Positions 62,596 to 64,000 of a stretch of DNA of 64,000 nucleotides are shown piece after piece. A program made the translations under genes and the position numbers. Position 1 is the stretch's first letter; each line of letters opens with the position of its first letter. The DNA is from Mizuhopecten yessoensis. Lineage: Eukaryota. The DNA lies in assembly GCF_002113885.1 (NCBI RefSeq), contig NW_018408813.1:444395-508394 (forward strand), in the 5' to 3' direction. The notes under the pieces are model-generated. The model searched no databases, was not told where the DNA came from, and saw only the letters and a list, made by a program, of their open reading frames with translations.

Positions 62596-62665
62596 GTCCG
62601 TCCCGTCGCGTCGCATCCCGTCCCGTCCCGTCCCGTCCTTTTGCGTCGCGTCGCGTCCCGTCCCA
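62596..62665. repeat. (CGTCC)/(CGTCG) pentanucleotide microsatellite
   Basis: Direct inspection. Confidence 0.85.
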
Positions 62666-63436
62666 TCCTGGGTGCATTTATGTCTTGCAGGCATTTTCTA
62701 GTTCAATCTTCATCCTATTTTATTTCATATTTATCATCTCTATCGTGTTATCATCGTTCAATTTAGTTTTATTATCACAAAACCAGAACTTTATATATGC
62801 ACCTCCCTATATATCGTTATCATTAGATCCGTGAGAAACCCTAATAACAAAGTTCGACTATAGTTTTGATTAAAATATGTGTTCACGAAATAATACAGGT
62901 TCTTTCTTCTCTGCATTATACGACCACAAAACGGCAACGGAAATAATTGAGAACGAAGAAGTAAACCATTTATAGCGGTTTTACTGCTATTGTTGTAAAT
63001 GAGACAGTTTTCTAGCAGTATTTTTAGCGATCTAAGTCGGGTTTGAAGTCAATGTGTGTCACTTTGTCCGGGGAATATGTCCTTCGATGTCATAAAGACG
63101 CTAAACAGACTACAAACTAACCACATTGGTTTGCGGTGTTGCGTTTCTAATAGCAATCAGTGTATTCGGCATACTGCTTTGATTTTACGTGGTCTTTTTT
63201 GCGTTTGATTTGGAAGGTAATCATTTCCTCAGTTGTGAATTTGCGATACCGCTGTTTTGTTACTTGACTATCGATGTTCAGGGTCGTAAAAAAATGCTGT
63301 ATTGCTGTGTTACAATAAAACATTATTTGTCTTATATGTTAACCGTCATGTGATATTCGCTGTCCATCTTATCAAACAACCATTAAAACAAAGGTATACA
63401 CAATACTGTATAAACAGAAATATATTGTTATTTCAG

Positions 63437-63584
63437 GCACGGCTCCATGTCAGTATTTACAGTGTTTTCCTACGCGAGTGGCTGAAGGTTTTTCCTAGAA
63501 AGCAGATACTCATCATGCGGTCGGAGGATTACTCTCGCAATATGTCCTCATATCTCAAAAATATATTTCGTTTTCTTGACGTCG
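63437..63584 (+). CDS. CHST15: CHST15-like exon 6; terminal exon(s) lie beyond the window
   Basis: ARLHVSIYSVFLREWLKVFPRKQILIMRSEDY..IFRFLDV; donor GTGAGT, phase 1. Confidence 0.92.
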
Positions 63585-64000
63585 GTGAGTTTATACTGAG
63601 CCCATACCAAAACATGTCGTTTCATTTCAAAAGTATATTTCATTTCATTTCAACAGATTTCAAAATATATTTCGTATCCTTGACGTCAGTAGGTTTATAC
63701 TGTGGCATATAATAACAAAACATATTCAACTTCTTCATTCAGATATTATTGTCTATATATAAAAACTTACAGGTAATCTTTTTGCGAATGATTTATTTCG
63801 CGAATGAATGATAAATCACAAATTTATGTGTTTTGCGACTGTTTTGAATTGTAAGTTAAAAAAATATACTCTATAGTCCAAAACTACATTTGAAAAATTG
63901 TATGTAGAATCGTCGATATTCTAGATAATATGTAAGTATTAGACAGATTAATAATAGTTCTCATTAAAACACTCAACACAAATCACTGACACTGACTGAA

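Overview
AT-rich, repeat-dense eukaryotic DNA, most likely from a mollusc (bivalve). This is inferred from the tRNA-derived V/CORE/Meta-type SINEs, TTAA- and TA-flanked MITEs, an RTEX/L2-type LINE remnant and the gene content. It is not prokaryotic, and most ORFs in the supplied track are repeat artefacts. Two spliced genes are well supported and sit head-to-head. On the minus strand is a type II membrane FkbM/Methyltransf_21 SAM-dependent methyltransferase (main exon 36069-37124, candidate first exon 44991-45017). On the plus strand is a CHST15-like (GalNAc4S-6-O) sulfotransferase (six phase-consistent coding exons, 57457-63584, 3' end outside the window). A possible decayed secreted-protein gene, with a signal-peptide exon and an AMOP-like exon, lies at about 22.5-25.3 kb on the minus strand. 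The rest is satellites (including an 8-kb 33-bp array), nested SINEs/MITEs and ~140-170-bp foldback elements with related termini. The best leads are the candidate Golgi glycan methyltransferase beside a glycan sulfotransferase, an array of strand-specific RNA hairpins in its probable 3' UTR, and the foldback family. No novel system can be established from sequence alone.
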